A DNA stretch of 64,000 nucleotides from a virus (IMGVR_UViG_3300023174_000099:1-64000), one strand, 5' to 3'. Counted from the first letter of the stretch, positions 8,161 to 18,718 are shown. The notes: generated from the sequence alone by a model not told the origin. Program-made: numbers and translations.

Positions 8161-8367
8161 TTGAGGAGCCATCACTTGTACGACCCAAATGAAGATCAGA
8201 GCCTCCAGAGGCTTTTAGACATTGCAACCCACGAGCAGCTCAAGCAACTGTTCACTAAGCTTTATGCTGAACATCAAAAAAACTGTGCTGATTATGATAA
8301 ACTAAAAACTGACGTAGCGTGGGAAAAGTCTGCTCGACACGCTGAAAGGAGCGGAGGATGGATGTAA
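8161..8367 (+). CDS. Hypothetical protein
   Basis: ORF track only. Confidence 0.3.
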   Translation: MRSHHLYDPNEDQSLQRLLDIATHEQLKQLFTKLYAEHQKNCADYDKLKTDVAWEKSARHAERSGGWM

Positions 8368-8546
8368 GATTCTTGGGTGAGTCCAAAACTTATTACTTCA
8401 CTTGCTCTAGTGAGTACTGGGAAGATTGGCGTACTACGGATGGTGAAACTTGGGAAAATCTAATGGGTGACAGTTGGGAAACAATGTACACTGTTCCCAA
8501 GGAACTTCAGGACTACTGGGACAACGAGTTCAAAGATAACTCTTGA
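8358..8546 (+). CDS. Hypothetical protein (W/D/E-rich)
   Basis: ORF track only. Confidence 0.35.
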   Translation: MDVRFLGESKTYYFTCSSEYWEDWRTTDGETWENLMGDSWETMYTVPKELQDYWDNEFKDNS

Positions 8547-9454
8547 TCTTAGCGGTTTATTTTGCTATATTAAGATGAAAGGAATAAATAGTGTTTTTTC
8601 TATCAGTACCAAGTGAATATATGCACGCTTTGCAACAGGTTCAGTGTGAGTTTCCAACGAAGATCACGATGAATCAGTTTGAAGACGTGCTTGATATTAC
8701 GGTTGATGAACCCGGACTGCTGATTCTGCTAGCAGCCACTATCGCAAAGGCATCCTAATGTTCTGTGCAGACTGTTCTAACTCAACGCTCTTTAATGGGC
8801 ATTTTCTTTGCACTAGGTTTTATAAGACAGAAATCAATCTAGTGACAGGCGAAACGAATACTCGCGGCGCGCTGACTTCATGTGACTATGAACGAAGTGC
8901 TAGATCAACGCGAACCTGCGGCCCAGAGGGCAAGTTCTTTCAAGGAATAGATAATGTTTAGTGCTTTCACATGGTTCTGGATTATCTACTTCTCTATTGG
9001 TGTGTTGATTATGATGGAACCTCTAGCGACCGTACTGGATAATCCAAAATACTATGAACTTAGTATGCTAACAAAAATAGTTGCCGCCTTCACATCTATT
9101 ATTGTGTGGCCACTAGTGTTCTTCGTTAGTTAAAATAGTTCTTGACTTTGCAGGCCCATTCTAGTATTATATCTAAGTTGAGAGGGAGGACTTATGCGCT
9201 ACATTATCTACGTTCAATTAATCACTGGTGAGGTTATTCGTGCGTTCACGTGGCTGGGTCTTCCTGCTATGGGCATTATCCGTGCGCATCAGGTCGCGCA
9301 GGATCGTGGCTACGAAGGTGTAATGAAGGTTTGGGCTACTCGTTTGGAGGATTTTGAATGAGTTTAGAAGAACGCTATCTTAAATGCTTTATAGCTATGC
9401 AGCGAGCACAGAACCCAAGCTTTAAGAAGATTTGGCTTACCAAGATGAGATACT

Positions 9455-9670
9455 TTGAAAGGAAAATTCTTAATGCTATCTCGTGAGATTCTAGAGAAGC
9501 TTACTCATAAGCAGCTCATTGATGCTTATATTGGTCTAGCCTTTAAGTATAAAAAGCTAGAGCAGGATCTTAGTAAGTCGAGTTCAGATTTGTCTTGGAT
9601 TAGAAATCCTGATCGCAGCGGCGGTCAATTCACGGATGAAGAAATCGAAAGGTCTCGAAATGGATACTAA
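9455..9670 (+). CDS. Hypothetical protein
   Basis: ORF track; promoter at 9131-9170 upstream. Confidence 0.4.
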   Translation: MKGKFLMLSREILEKLTHKQLIDAYIGLAFKYKKLEQDLSKSSSDLSWIRNPDRSGGQFTDEEIERSRNGY

Positions 9671-9699
9671 GTTCTATCTACATATTAAGGAGCGTCTCC

Positions 9700-10023
9700 A
9701 TGTATGATCCAGACTATTGGTGTGTGATTAAGATTAACTCTAAAGACCCACACTATCGAGTGTTTGGGTCGTGGGCTAGTAGCTATGCTACTGGATCATC
9801 TTGGCGCTTGAATAGCGGTATTACTAAAGTGGAAGAGAAGGATGACTGTTTTCTCTTTCATGGCAGTACTGGCTCTATTTATCGCTGCCACAAGGAAATG
9901 TATGGCTGCCATCATGGTAGTCAGGGACAGTTGAATTACTACATGAGCCAACCAGAAGTAGCAGTCGTAGACCTTCTTCCGGAGGACACTAACTGGCTAG
10001 AAATAGATTGGATTATTCAATAA
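9700..10023 (+). CDS. Hypothetical protein (107 aa)
   Basis: RBS aaggagcg before ATG. Confidence 0.45.
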   Translation: MYDPDYWCVIKINSKDPHYRVFGSWASSYATGSSWRLNSGITKVEEKDDCFLFHGSTGSIYRCHKEMYGCHHGSQGQLNYYMSQPEVAVVDLLPEDTNWLEIDWIIQ

Positions 10024-10037
10024 AGGTAATATGACTA

Positions 10038-10265
10038 ATGAATATCGAGATTAATTGGCTCAGCGATTCTTCTGATTGCGATCAAGCAGGCTGCTCTGGC
10101 GGTTACAGTGAGGGCGCAGTCGTAAAGGTCGATGGCAAGACCATCCTAGAACTTATTCCAGTTGCTCATTGCTTTGGCGGAGATAGCTGGGATCGCGATC
10201 AGGTCTGGGCTATGATTCTAGACAAGTTGATTGGTAATGTAACTGTGGAGCAGTGGTATGGATGA
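10038..10265 (+). CDS. Hypothetical protein
   Basis: ORF track. Confidence 0.4.
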   Translation: MNIEINWLSDSSDCDQAGCSGGYSEGAVVKVDGKTILELIPVAHCFGGDSWDRDQVWAMILDKLIGNVTVEQWYG

Positions 10266-10901
10266 TATTATTTTATTTGTTGTCTCTCTAGTAGTGTTAT
10301 TTCTTATTATGGTAGGACTTGCACTTTATAGCTTAGAATCTACTCGTAACTGTAGAATGGAAGCCGCTGCTAAGGGCTATAACGTCAAGGAGATTTGCGA
10401 ATGATTCCAGATATGCGAAAGAAGGAAGAGCTTACTTACGAGGAGGCTCTTCATCATCTGTGGCGACTTCTCAACGCTGATACCTACCGTAAGATTACGA
10501 AGGCAATCAACGCTGAGATCGCTAAAAATAATCCTTGACTTTCCCAGCCCAAGCTAGTATAGTGTTTATCTAATGGGAGATAGACATGAAGAACTTTGTT
10601 GCAAAAAACGCTTGGAAATTCAATCGCGCTAAGGTCGTGCCTTCCAAGAAGCTGTACTCCAGGAAGAAGGTGAAGCATGATTACTAGCCTAGTAATCGCG
10701 TATCTAATGATACCCGGCTCAATAATTCTGCCTGCAAGCGGAGTGTTATTTCTATGGAGGAAATATGGCAAAAGAGTTCACTAATCTAGAATGTACCCAT
10801 GCTTCATTGCAAAAGTACATGGATAATAATTATCCCTATCTAAACTATAAGATTAAGTATTTTGACGGCAAACTGTCAATTCCGATGAAAGGATTAAAGA
10901 A

Positions 10902-11288
10902 ATGAAGACTGTAAGTGTAGTATTCCAGAGCGACAACTATGATCGTGGAGTGGGTGGTAACTCTTACGACTATCTAGTGGCTGACGATGTGGCCGTAGAA
11001 GCTGGCGACTTTGCAGTCGCACATAATGGCACTAAGTATGCTATTGTTCGGGTAGTAAGTGTAAGCATGGAAATCAGCCAGAACGCTACTAAGTCCCTAG
11101 TACTTATGCTAAACAAGCAGGTTTTTACAGACTATGAAAAGCAGAATGAAGCTGTAAACGAGCAGAAGCGCATGTTCGTGCGTCTTCAGCAGCTCATGGA
11201 ACAGGAATACGAGAAGAACAAGTATCGTGTGCTTGCCCAGAGCAATGCCGAAGCCGCTGAACTAGCCAATAAGCTCGGCCTAGTTTGA
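10902..11288 (+). CDS. Hypothetical protein (128 aa)
   Basis: RBS aaagaaATG. Confidence 0.45.
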   Translation: MKTVSVVFQSDNYDRGVGGNSYDYLVADDVAVEAGDFAVAHNGTKYAIVRVVSVSMEISQNATKSLVLMLNKQVFTDYEKQNEAVNEQKRMFVRLQQLMEQEYEKNKYRVLAQSNAEAAELANKLGLV

Positions 11289-11355
11289 TCTGGTTTGGGG
11301 GTGACAAAAAATAGTTCTTGACAGTCACCCCCAAATCCTATATATTAGGACTTCA

Positions 11356-11754
11356 ATGACGGATTTCTTACACGCTCTTGAGTTCTATTGTAACGAGTTA
11401 GATATTGACTCAAGTAAAATCATCCTGTTTCTTAGCGAAGCGGATGATATGGATGTGGCTGGATACTGTGATAGGTTGGACGATTCATACATAGTTAAAC
11501 TCGTTCGAACTCAATTAGAGCATAACGCACCTCCACTAGCCATTCTAGCACATGAACTTATTCATGTTATGCAATACGAATCGGGTCTTCTAGAAGACTT
11601 ACCTGATGGCCTCTGTCGTTGGAAGGGCAAGATATATCTTGATCCCTGCATATTTTTATGTGAAAATATTTACTACAATGCTCCTTGGGAGCATCAGGCC
11701 TATGCGTTACAAGATAGGCTATACTATAAATACTTGAGGAGTTTAGGTCAATGA
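11356..11754 (+). CDS. Hypothetical protein with HExxH motif (possible zinc metallopeptidase-like)
   Basis: LAILAHELIHVMQYE; promoter at 11318-11345. Confidence 0.4.
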   Translation: MTDFLHALEFYCNELDIDSSKIILFLSEADDMDVAGYCDRLDDSYIVKLVRTQLEHNAPPLAILAHELIHVMQYESGLLEDLPDGLCRWKGKIYLDPCIFLCENIYYNAPWEHQAYALQDRLYYKYLRSLGQ

Positions 11755-12092
11755 GTTATACGGAAGAACTCACTACACTTATTGTAGCTGAATACTCTAA
11801 CGATCCCACTAGAGAGACTGTTGACCGGCTCGCTGAGGAGCATGGAAAGAGTGCTCGCTCTATTATTGCAAAGCTAAGCAGCTCAGGAGTCTATAAAGCT
11901 CCTGAACGAGTAACCAAGAGTGGCGAACCTATCGTTCGCAAAGAGGAACTCGCTAAGGATATAGGAAACTGGTTCGGACTAGAACTTCCTACACTAGCAA
12001 AGGCAGCCAAGCTGGAACTAATTAGTCTCCACAAGGCCCTTTCTAACCCTGACTATATTCGTGCTCATTTAGTGGATCTACAAGATGATTGA
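11751..12092 (+). CDS. HTH-like module protein (paralog family: GKSARSIIAKLSSSGVYKAPERVTKSG)
   Basis: Motif shared with 1394..1795, 34773..35129 and 38888..39604. Confidence 0.5.
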   Translation: MSYTEELTTLIVAEYSNDPTRETVDRLAEEHGKSARSIIAKLSSSGVYKAPERVTKSGEPIVRKEELAKDIGNWFGLELPTLAKAAKLELISLHKALSNPDYIRAHLVDLQDD

Positions 12093-12247
12093 TCTTATCG
12101 ACGTCCATGTATTCTCTCCCCGGCTAGTCAATGACTATCTACGGTTTGACGAGTTCACTTGGTATATTCACGATAAGATTTCGGATAGCTATAATCGTAT
12201 TTACGATACAGAAGCACTAGAACGTGCGTTTCAACAGGAGAAAGAAA

Positions 12248-12421
12248 ATGGGAAATCGAATTAAGGCAGCACTAGCTGCTACACTAATTACTTTTGGTGG
12301 ACTATGTATCATAGCCTGCGCTCCAGAAGCTCCAGGTGGTGTTGAAGCTCCTGCTGACCCAGCTCTACCCCCATGTCGGGAAAATGCTGGCGGTGAAACA
12401 CCTGAATGTCAACCTCAGTAA
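12248..12421 (+). CDS. Putative small lipoprotein
   Basis: ORF track 12224..12421, trimmed to the downstream ATG 12248. MGNRIKAALAATLITFGGLCIIAC is a signal peptide with lipobox-like LCIIAC. Confidence 0.35.
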   Translation: MGNRIKAALAATLITFGGLCIIACAPEAPGGVEAPADPALPPCRENAGGETPECQPQ

Positions 12422-12430
12422 AAATTGTTC

Positions 12431-12459
12431 TTGACTTCCTAGGCCAGATTTGGTAATAT
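12431..12459 (+). promoter_or_regulatory. sigma70 promoter: aaaattgttcTTGACT-17-TAATAT, followed by a perfect 9-bp GAAA-tetraloop hairpin and a 360-nt structured leader
   Basis: catcagttgGAAAcaactgatg at 12464-12485; ggacggtg...caccgtcc at 12706-12733. Confidence 0.5.
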
Positions 12460-12823
12460 GTTTCATCAGTTGGAAACAACTGATGTTCTGGAACTTGAGA
12501 ATATGTCCAGCACTACGTAAGTAGTGGGTTAACCTCTCTAATGCCTGGTTGGGTTTCTTAGAGACTCCGAAGCGGCCTTTCTGACGGCGATTGTGCCTAA
12601 CAATAGTTCCGTTCCGGCGGCGTATTTGTCGTTACATGATTACGCGTTCAACACTGTCACGAACTACGGGCCTTCTTCATAGAGAGATGAGCGACAGATA
12701 AGGCTTTGGACGGTGTGCCTTAAAACACCGTCCATTCTGGTGGTTCCATGCAACCAGCGTGGACTTTATAGATTAGATTTTTACATACGAGCACGGCTTG
12801 TGTTTGTGTGGAACCACCTGAAT

Positions 12824-12906
12824 GGCTGGGTAGAGGAGTTTGGTTATCTCGCCGCGCTCATAACGCGGGCTTTTACACGCCGGTTCAAATCCGGCCCCAG
12901 CAACCA
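12824..12906 (+). tRNA. tRNA-like gene, anticodon CAT (Met/initiator-like); irregular (G1-A72 mismatch, 10-nt variable region)
   Basis: T-arm gccggTTCAAATccggc, anticodon stem ccgcg/cgcgg with loop cuCAUaa, 3' CCA. The minus-strand ORF translation here contains the GFEP signature. Confidence 0.4.
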
Positions 12907-13065
12907 TAATAATCGGCGGCACAGCTAGGCCAGCTAGTGTCTCATCTGCGAATCTTGTCTGGGCGTGCGCAGACCCTAGGCCACCTGTGGAGGTGGTAAT
13001 GAGGAAGGGACAAGAGCCGAATATAAATACAATAAATAAACCTAATATTAGGTTAAGAATTTGCC

Positions 13066-13085
13066 GAAAAGGGTAGCTCCCCTGA
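13066..13085 (+). promoter_or_regulatory. Conserved homing-endonuclease leader motif GAAAAGGGTAGCTCCCCTG (copy 1 of 4)
   Basis: Near-identical copies at about 27667, 28634 and 32660, each 40-70 nt upstream of an HNH or GIY-YIG gene. Confidence 0.6.
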
Positions 13086-13128
13086 CTTCTCCCTTGAAGA
13101 AGTCTAGGCAATTAGTTTCAAGGGAACA

Positions 13129-13800
13129 ATGAAAACAACAGGTATAATATATAGAATTTGGAATATAAAAAGTGGTAAATCGTATATAGGTAAAACATAT
13201 AGATGCTTTTATATACGAATAGATGAACATATAAAACAACGATATAGACCCGTACATAAAAATAGACCTATTTATAGAGCTTTAAATAAATATGGGTTAG
13301 AAGCGTTCTCAGCAGAAATATTAGGCACTTTTTGCTCATCTATACTAGACGAGCAAGAACAATATTTTATAAAATTATATAACTCATTTGGGTCTACAGG
13401 GTATAATGCTACCCAGGGTGGCGAAGGTACAAAACTTTTATCAGTTGACACCGAACTCTTAATGGATACCTACAATAAATATGGCAATATAGCCGCAACG
13501 GCCAGATATTTAAAAATTGATGATGGAACGTGCACTAGACTTCTAAAATCAATACCTGAGTTTAAAGCTAGAACAAGAAATGATATTTTTAGAATGGGTA
13601 TAAAACCTGTTTTACTAGAAGACTTAGAATTTACTTTTAATGATGTTTATGAGTGTGCTAATTTCTTAATACAATCAGATGTATCTAATATTACTAATGA
13701 GGTACAAGTTGCTAAATCAATTAGAAAAGTTTGTACGGGGCATTTAAAAACATATCTAGGATTAAAGTTTTCATATACAGATACTGCGGACGTGGTATAA
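13129..13800 (+). CDS. GIY-YIG homing endonuclease
   Basis: N-terminal IYRIWNIKSGKSYIGKT...R...H motif (GIY-YIG). C-terminal region conserved with the ORF at 32723. Confidence 0.75.
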   Translation: MKTTGIIYRIWNIKSGKSYIGKTYRCFYIRIDEHIKQRYRPVHKNRPIYRALNKYGLEAFSAEILGTFCSSILDEQEQYFIKLYNSFGSTGYNATQGGEGTKLLSVDTELLMDTYNKYGNIAATARYLKIDDGTCTRLLKSIPEFKARTRNDIFRMGIKPVLLEDLEFTFNDVYECANFLIQSDVSNITNEVQVAKSIRKVCTGHLKTYLGLKFSYTDTADVV

Positions 13801-14203
13801 ATAGATGTGCCATAGCTTTCCAAGCTATAGATGCCCGCGCGATACGGGTCGTCCGCTCCAGAATATGCCGCTCTAAGGAGATAATAGCTGCTATGCATTT
13901 ATGCGCAGATAGCCGGTGTTCTAGCCCCTTATGGGGATAAACCAGCAAAACTAGCGATATGCTAGGCTAGGCTGCTGCGGTTAGTCCACGCGTTGTATGG
14001 ATTACGTGTACCTAGAAGGTCTTATCGAACCTACCACGTAAAATCCAGCATGATATACTGGCGTCACTGTTTACGCAATACAGTCGGTAACGCATTCAGC
14101 CGTTAGTGTGAATGACTGCGTTTTTGTTAGTTTAACGCAAATAAGAGAAAACAATACTGACCACCCGGAACAGTCGGGTAGTCCCACTAGCGCGGTGGGC
14201 GGC

Positions 14204-14240
14204 TAGGCCCGATCATCTTCGTGATGGTCGGGCCTTTTGC
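14204..14240 (+). terminator. Rho-independent terminator: ggcccgatcatc...gatggtcgggcc + TTTTGC
   Basis: 12-bp stem plus T-tract. Confidence 0.6.
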
Positions 14241-14304
14241 TTAAAAAGTTCTTGACATTCATCCCAATTTTTGTTATATTACTAAAACTAGAGAAGGAGA
14301 ATTT

Positions 14305-14640
14305 ATGTTTTGGTTCCGCGAGAAGAATAACCTGACCCTTGCTTTTCGTTATGCGAAGCAAGCAACGACTGACAATATGGTAAAGAAGTATGGCGGCAGT
14401 CTAGTCGCCAGCCCCAAGATGCCCGAAAATGCACCTAATGGCGATATTATGTCAGTTCTTACTAACTCAGAACCCCAAACAGAAGCTGCTGCCATTACCT
14501 CTGGAGACTTCAAGGTCATAGTTCAGACAGCAGACGGCTCCTGGACCGAGCACAGTAGTTCAGCTACTATTAGTGAAGCCAATACAACGGCAAAAGAGAT
14601 TATTAAGTTTTACAGCGCAGTAGTAGTTGTAAAACAATAA
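14305..14640 (+). CDS. Hypothetical protein (111 aa)
   Basis: Promoter at 14250-14280; RBS gaaggagaa. Confidence 0.5.
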   Translation: MFWFREKNNLTLAFRYAKQATTDNMVKKYGGSLVASPKMPENAPNGDIMSVLTNSEPQTEAAAITSGDFKVIVQTADGSWTEHSSSATISEANTTAKEIIKFYSAVVVVKQ

Positions 14641-14823
14641 TTAGAGAAGTAATTTGGACTACGATCAACTTAAGCAAGCAGTAGAACTACTTGCCGACTC
14701 ATTCTGCCAACTAGCAGAGCGTGCTTCTGACATAGCTTACGCACGTCGTGAACTATACGAAGCATACCTACTAGAAGGTTTCACCCCAGAGCAAGCCCTG
14801 GAGCTATGTAAGGTACTATAACA

Positions 14824-15078
14824 ATGCAAATTAATATCAACACAAAGGGCTTCGGCCTAGTAGACTACACTATGAATACTAGTTTTTCTACAGAGGGTAC
14901 TGTGACTGTAACCGCTCCAGAAGCTGAACAGGACACACTATCTCCGCTAGATGAAATTCAGGAATATCTAAGCGCTATCAAGGAAGTATTCCTTTCTCCT
15001 GAGTATGACGATGAGACAATGGGCTGTATAGTCGAGGATTATATTATCGCCATTCAAGAGGTTCTAGATGCTAACTGA
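14824..15078 (+). CDS. Small acidic hypothetical protein
   Basis: ORF track; D/E-rich. Confidence 0.4.
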   Translation: MQININTKGFGLVDYTMNTSFSTEGTVTVTAPEAEQDTLSPLDEIQEYLSAIKEVFLSPEYDDETMGCIVEDYIIAIQEVLDAN

Positions 15079-15394
15079 TTTTGAGTATTCTCAAATCATA
15101 GAGTTACTAGTTTTAGAAGACAGATCCTTTGAAGAGGTTCAACAAATGCTAAACTTAACCGAAGATCAAATGGACGAGGCTTTGTCTAAGATGGAAGAGG
15201 ATGGGTATATTCAAACCCATACAATCCATTGAGTTGCGCTGCCTGTAAATATGGTGAGATGCTAGTAAGTAAGGGTAGTACCTTTAGTATGCTAAATCCA
15301 GTCGGAGACGAGGTAACTCGTATTCATGAAGAAACAGTATTGATCTGTCGAGCAATGCCTCCAATATCAGGTTCTTTTCCACAAGTAACAGAGG

Positions 15395-15622
15395 ATGATT
15401 GGTGTGGACAATTTAGCCCAACCCCCGAAAATGGCTGATTATCGCTTTGGCGAACTAATCAAAGCTGAAAACTATGCATATGCTCGCGGACTCATGGTAA
15501 GTCCAGTTCATCTTCCGGGAGCACTAGACGCAATGCTGGCAGATGGCTGGGAGCTAATGAGTATTTTTGGCGAGACAAACTCAGAAAAGATTGGGTTTAT
15601 CTTCAAAAAAGTCTTGAAATAA
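15395..15622 (+). CDS. Hypothetical protein
   Basis: ORF track. Confidence 0.35.
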   Translation: MIGVDNLAQPPKMADYRFGELIKAENYAYARGLMVSPVHLPGALDAMLADGWELMSIFGETNSEKIGFIFKKVLK

Positions 15623-15648
15623 CTGTTAGAAGGGCTTATATTAGAACC

Positions 15649-15987
15649 ATGACAGACAAATTCACACAAGAGTTTAATGATTATAACAAGCTGATGCGTC
15701 GGCTTGGTTCTAAGCAGATGAGCCTGTTCGAGTACAAAAAGTACCGTGCAGGCCGTATGCGTGTGTCTAAACATGGGGTAAAAAAGGCCCCAATGCATGC
15801 CGAGTCGCTTCGCCGCGAGTCTCCTAAGATTCCTAGCGGTGACGGTATTGCATATACTCCTATGAGCGAGGCCCCTAAAGAATACACAGGTACATTTGTC
15901 AAGGGCATTGGCACAATGCACAAGAGTAACAGTGTGCCAGTAACCAACGACGAAGATGCTCTAGCTATTGCAAGGATGAGACGATGA
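15649..15987 (+). CDS. Hypothetical protein (112 aa)
   Basis: ORF track. Confidence 0.4.
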   Translation: MTDKFTQEFNDYNKLMRRLGSKQMSLFEYKKYRAGRMRVSKHGVKKAPMHAESLRRESPKIPSGDGIAYTPMSEAPKEYTGTFVKGIGTMHKSNSVPVTNDEDALAIARMRR

Positions 15988-16634
15988 AAGTATATATCGG
16001 ACCCTACTCAAGTTACCTTGTCACTTTTCGTAATCTAGAACACAAGTACGAAGCCTATCGGGCAGAGAAGCTTGGTATTCCCTTCTATAGCTACGAACCC
16101 GTAACCAAGGTAGATAAGGCTTTTGGAAAATCAGTAGACTTTCTAGAACGCTTCTTCTTGCCAGTAAACCGCTACTGGAACTCTCGTAAGCGCAGGATCA
16201 ATGTACAGATTCATGACTATGATGTTTGGGGCGTCGATCATACTCTAGCTCTCATTATTGTTCCTATGCTTGAAAAACTAAGAGAGAAGAAGCACGGCTC
16301 ACCTCATGTCGATCTAGATGATGTTCCAGAACATCTTCGAAATGAAGAAGACTTTCATGAGCGTTGGGATTGGGTTCTAGACGAAATGATCTGGGCCTTT
16401 GAACAACATCGGAAAGAAAATTGGGAAGATCAGTACTGCCACAATGTTGACCAACTCGATGTTACTTTTAAGAGTATCCCGAACTCAACGAACTCGGAGC
16501 TTCTAGTAAATCGGCAAAAGGACGTTAATAAACCCAAGTACTGGTATGACCAAGATGGTGCTAAAGCCCATTCTGATCGTATGGATAACGGACGTAGACT
16601 GTTTGCTAAGTATTATAACTGTCTCTGGGATTAA
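15984..16634 (+). CDS. Hypothetical protein (216 aa)
   Basis: Start overlaps the upstream stop. Confidence 0.5.
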   Translation: MKVYIGPYSSYLVTFRNLEHKYEAYRAEKLGIPFYSYEPVTKVDKAFGKSVDFLERFFLPVNRYWNSRKRRINVQIHDYDVWGVDHTLALIIVPMLEKLREKKHGSPHVDLDDVPEHLRNEEDFHERWDWVLDEMIWAFEQHRKENWEDQYCHNVDQLDVTFKSIPNSTNSELLVNRQKDVNKPKYWYDQDGAKAHSDRMDNGRRLFAKYYNCLWD

Positions 16635-16654
16635 GGCTTGACTTTGCTTGGCCA

Positions 16655-16984
16655 TTGATGTATTATAACAACATGGCGAAGAAAGAGCAGAACATCACGG
16701 CGATTATCTATGATAAGAAGGGCCGTGTCCTTTCTGTAGGTAAGAACTCATATATTAAGACCCACCCCAAGCAGGCTAAGCTCGCGCAAAAAGCTGGCCT
16801 GCCAATGAAGGAGTTTCTCCATGCGGAAGTCGCTAGTATCATTCGCTGCAAAGACTTGTCTAAGGCGTACAGAATTGTAGTGTACCGGAATAATAAGGCA
16901 GGCTTTGCAAATGCGGAACCCTGTCCAATCTGTAAACTTGCGATTAAAGAAACCGGCATCAAACAAGTGGAGTGGACCAAATGA
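16655..16984 (+). CDS. Cytidine/dCMP deaminase-like zinc-binding protein
   Basis: HAE...PCxxC signature (LHAEVASII ... PCPICKLAI); promoter at 16638. Confidence 0.55.
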   Translation: MMYYNNMAKKEQNITAIIYDKKGRVLSVGKNSYIKTHPKQAKLAQKAGLPMKEFLHAEVASIIRCKDLSKAYRIVVYRNNKAGFANAEPCPICKLAIKETGIKQVEWTK

Positions 16985-17190
16985 ACTTTCGTGAAATCCT
17001 AGAAGCTAAGACCCGCGAAGCTCTTGAAGCGTCAGCCTATTGCTCAGGGGGTGATGACTACCTACAGGGTATGTTCTATCTTAATCCCTTCGATGAAGGC
17101 ACAAAGGCTCATTTAGACTACTTCATTGGGTATGAAGATATGCGCTTCCTCCAGACTATGGAAAGGTTTGAACATCGTGTTACAGCTTGA
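16972..17190 (+). CDS. Hypothetical protein
   Basis: ORF track. Confidence 0.35.
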   Translation: MDQMNFREILEAKTREALEASAYCSGGDDYLQGMFYLNPFDEGTKAHLDYFIGYEDMRFLQTMERFEHRVTA

Positions 17191-17423
17191 AGAATATGAG
17201 GGCGAACTTGCAGAACTGCGAAAGCTAAAGGCAGTCATTCGCCACAATGTCCTAGCCGAAAAGCTAGGAAATATTTTCTTTATTTGCGGAGAGACCGGAA
17301 GTAAAGACGATAATGGGCTACCAGAGAATATTCTAGTATGCCCTGCATACGGATGTGACTGGTTTCAAGTCTATAAAAGGACTGAAAAGACCCATGGCCC
17401 ACAATATTAATAAGGAATCAAAA

Positions 17424-17681
17424 ATGCCACGCTATCTAGTTGAAACAGTATCAAGTTTTCGTATCTCATATTGGGTTGAGGCATCTGAACCCGAACATGC
17501 CGCTGATGAAGTTATAATGCATGATGCAACTGAGTTTACTCAAAGGCATCTAGATGAAGTGATCTTTAATGTTCGTGAGATTTCAAATGAGGATGCAGAA
17601 ACAGAATTCTTTGAAGAGCATCCCTATCTTGCTGACACGAATGTAGACATTCTAGAATACCTTCACAAAATCAAGTATTAA
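17424..17681 (+). CDS. Small acidic hypothetical protein
   Basis: ORF 17355..17681 trimmed to the ATG after RBS taaggaatcaaaa. Confidence 0.4.
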   Translation: MPRYLVETVSSFRISYWVEASEPEHAADEVIMHDATEFTQRHLDEVIFNVREISNEDAETEFFEEHPYLADTNVDILEYLHKIKY

Positions 17682-17746
17682 CATAAATCCTCCATTGAGC
17701 TGTAATATAGCCCAATGGAGGATTTTTCGTGCAAGGAGAATATTAA

Positions 17747-18057
17747 TGATTTCGGATAATTTTAAGCCTCTAGATACTTTTTTATTAGAATTGAGACAAA
17801 TATATAGAGAAAGTGCCGACTTATACAAATTGGAAGCCAATACCTTCTGGGATGGCTTATCTGAGGATGATAAGCTTAAAGCTTTCTATTCAGTAGTGAG
17901 CCGTATTTACAAAGGTGAAATTAAAGACAAGGGATCTTATCGCTATGTTCTTTATGATGTATTTGGATTTGGTCCTGAAGCCTATGGACTTGGTATGGAA
18001 TGTGGGTATCTGTACTTACATAATGCCATCATAGATGGAGAAAAAACTAATGAATGA
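17747..18057 (+). CDS. Hypothetical protein
   Basis: ORF 17695..18057 trimmed to the ATG after RBS caaggagaa. Confidence 0.45.
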
Positions 18058-18192
18058 AGCAAAAATAAAACAAGCGTTTGAGAAGGTTTTTCCAAAAGTT
18101 TACGAGCGCCCTGGAATCTATCCATTCAAAACTGATATTTATAAAATTGTACAAGACACAATTGAGGCACTTCTACCTTCTAGTACTATGCC

Positions 18193-18423
18193 ATGGGACA
18201 AGGAACTTTGATTACAGCAGAGTTACTAGCATATTGTGCTAAAGAGGTCGAGTTTGGTGATGAACCAATTGACCTGGGCATGACACCTCTTGACATTGAT
18301 GAAATCTATAGACTCATGTCTATCACCGTAGCCGAAATGGAAGCTGATGAGCTGGTTCTACGAGCGTCCGTAGTAAAGCTCCTAGTAGAGAACTTCGTTC
18401 TCAATTACAGGCTTATGACATGA
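18193..18423 (+). CDS. Hypothetical protein
   Basis: ORF track. Confidence 0.35.
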   Translation: MGQGTLITAELLAYCAKEVEFGDEPIDLGMTPLDIDEIYRLMSITVAEMEADELVLRASVVKLLVENFVLNYRLMT

Positions 18424-18620
18424 AGTATTATACTTATCAAGACCCGGATGGTACGCATACTTTCTCTACAAGTCAAATCTTTGATCAGTATTGGCCCTAC
18501 TGGTACTCAAAGATGGTCAAGAAGTACGGCCCAGACAGTCCTCTAGTCAACTGGGAAAGTTGCCTAGACGACTGGATAACGGTACATTGGGCTTACGAAG
18601 AGCGTCCTACTGAAAAGTAG
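18420..18620 (+). CDS. Hypothetical protein
   Basis: ORF track; ends at the terminator. Confidence 0.4.
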   Translation: MKYYTYQDPDGTHTFSTSQIFDQYWPYWYSKMVKKYGPDSPLVNWESCLDDWITVHWAYEERPTEK

Positions 18621-18650
18621 GGCGCTTTTTTCGTACCTGCGCCAAACGGC
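18614..18650. terminator. Bidirectional terminator region (cctact GAAA agtagg + GCGC TTTTTT) between convergent blocks
   Basis: Hairpin plus T-run; a second hairpin ggcccgctgaaattaatcagcgggcc lies at 18685-18712 for the minus block. Confidence 0.6.
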
Positions 18651-18718
18651 AACGATTTCTCACCTAATGTTACGTGTACGTAAAAAGGCCCGCTGAAATT
18701 AATCAGCGGGCCTTCATT

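Noticed and set aside
12773-13111. Minus-strand ORFs across tRNA genes (12773..13111, 28320..28511, 32431..32643, 33474..33794) with GFEP-type peptides
   Set aside because: They are translations of the reverse complements of tRNA T-arms (GGTTCGAA). tRNA genes explain the sequence.
13647-13948. ORFs 13647..13898 (minus), 13721..13948 (minus), 13731..13940 (plus) after the GIY-YIG gene
   Set aside because: GC-rich, structured, non-coding-looking region without RBS. More likely RNA structure than protein.
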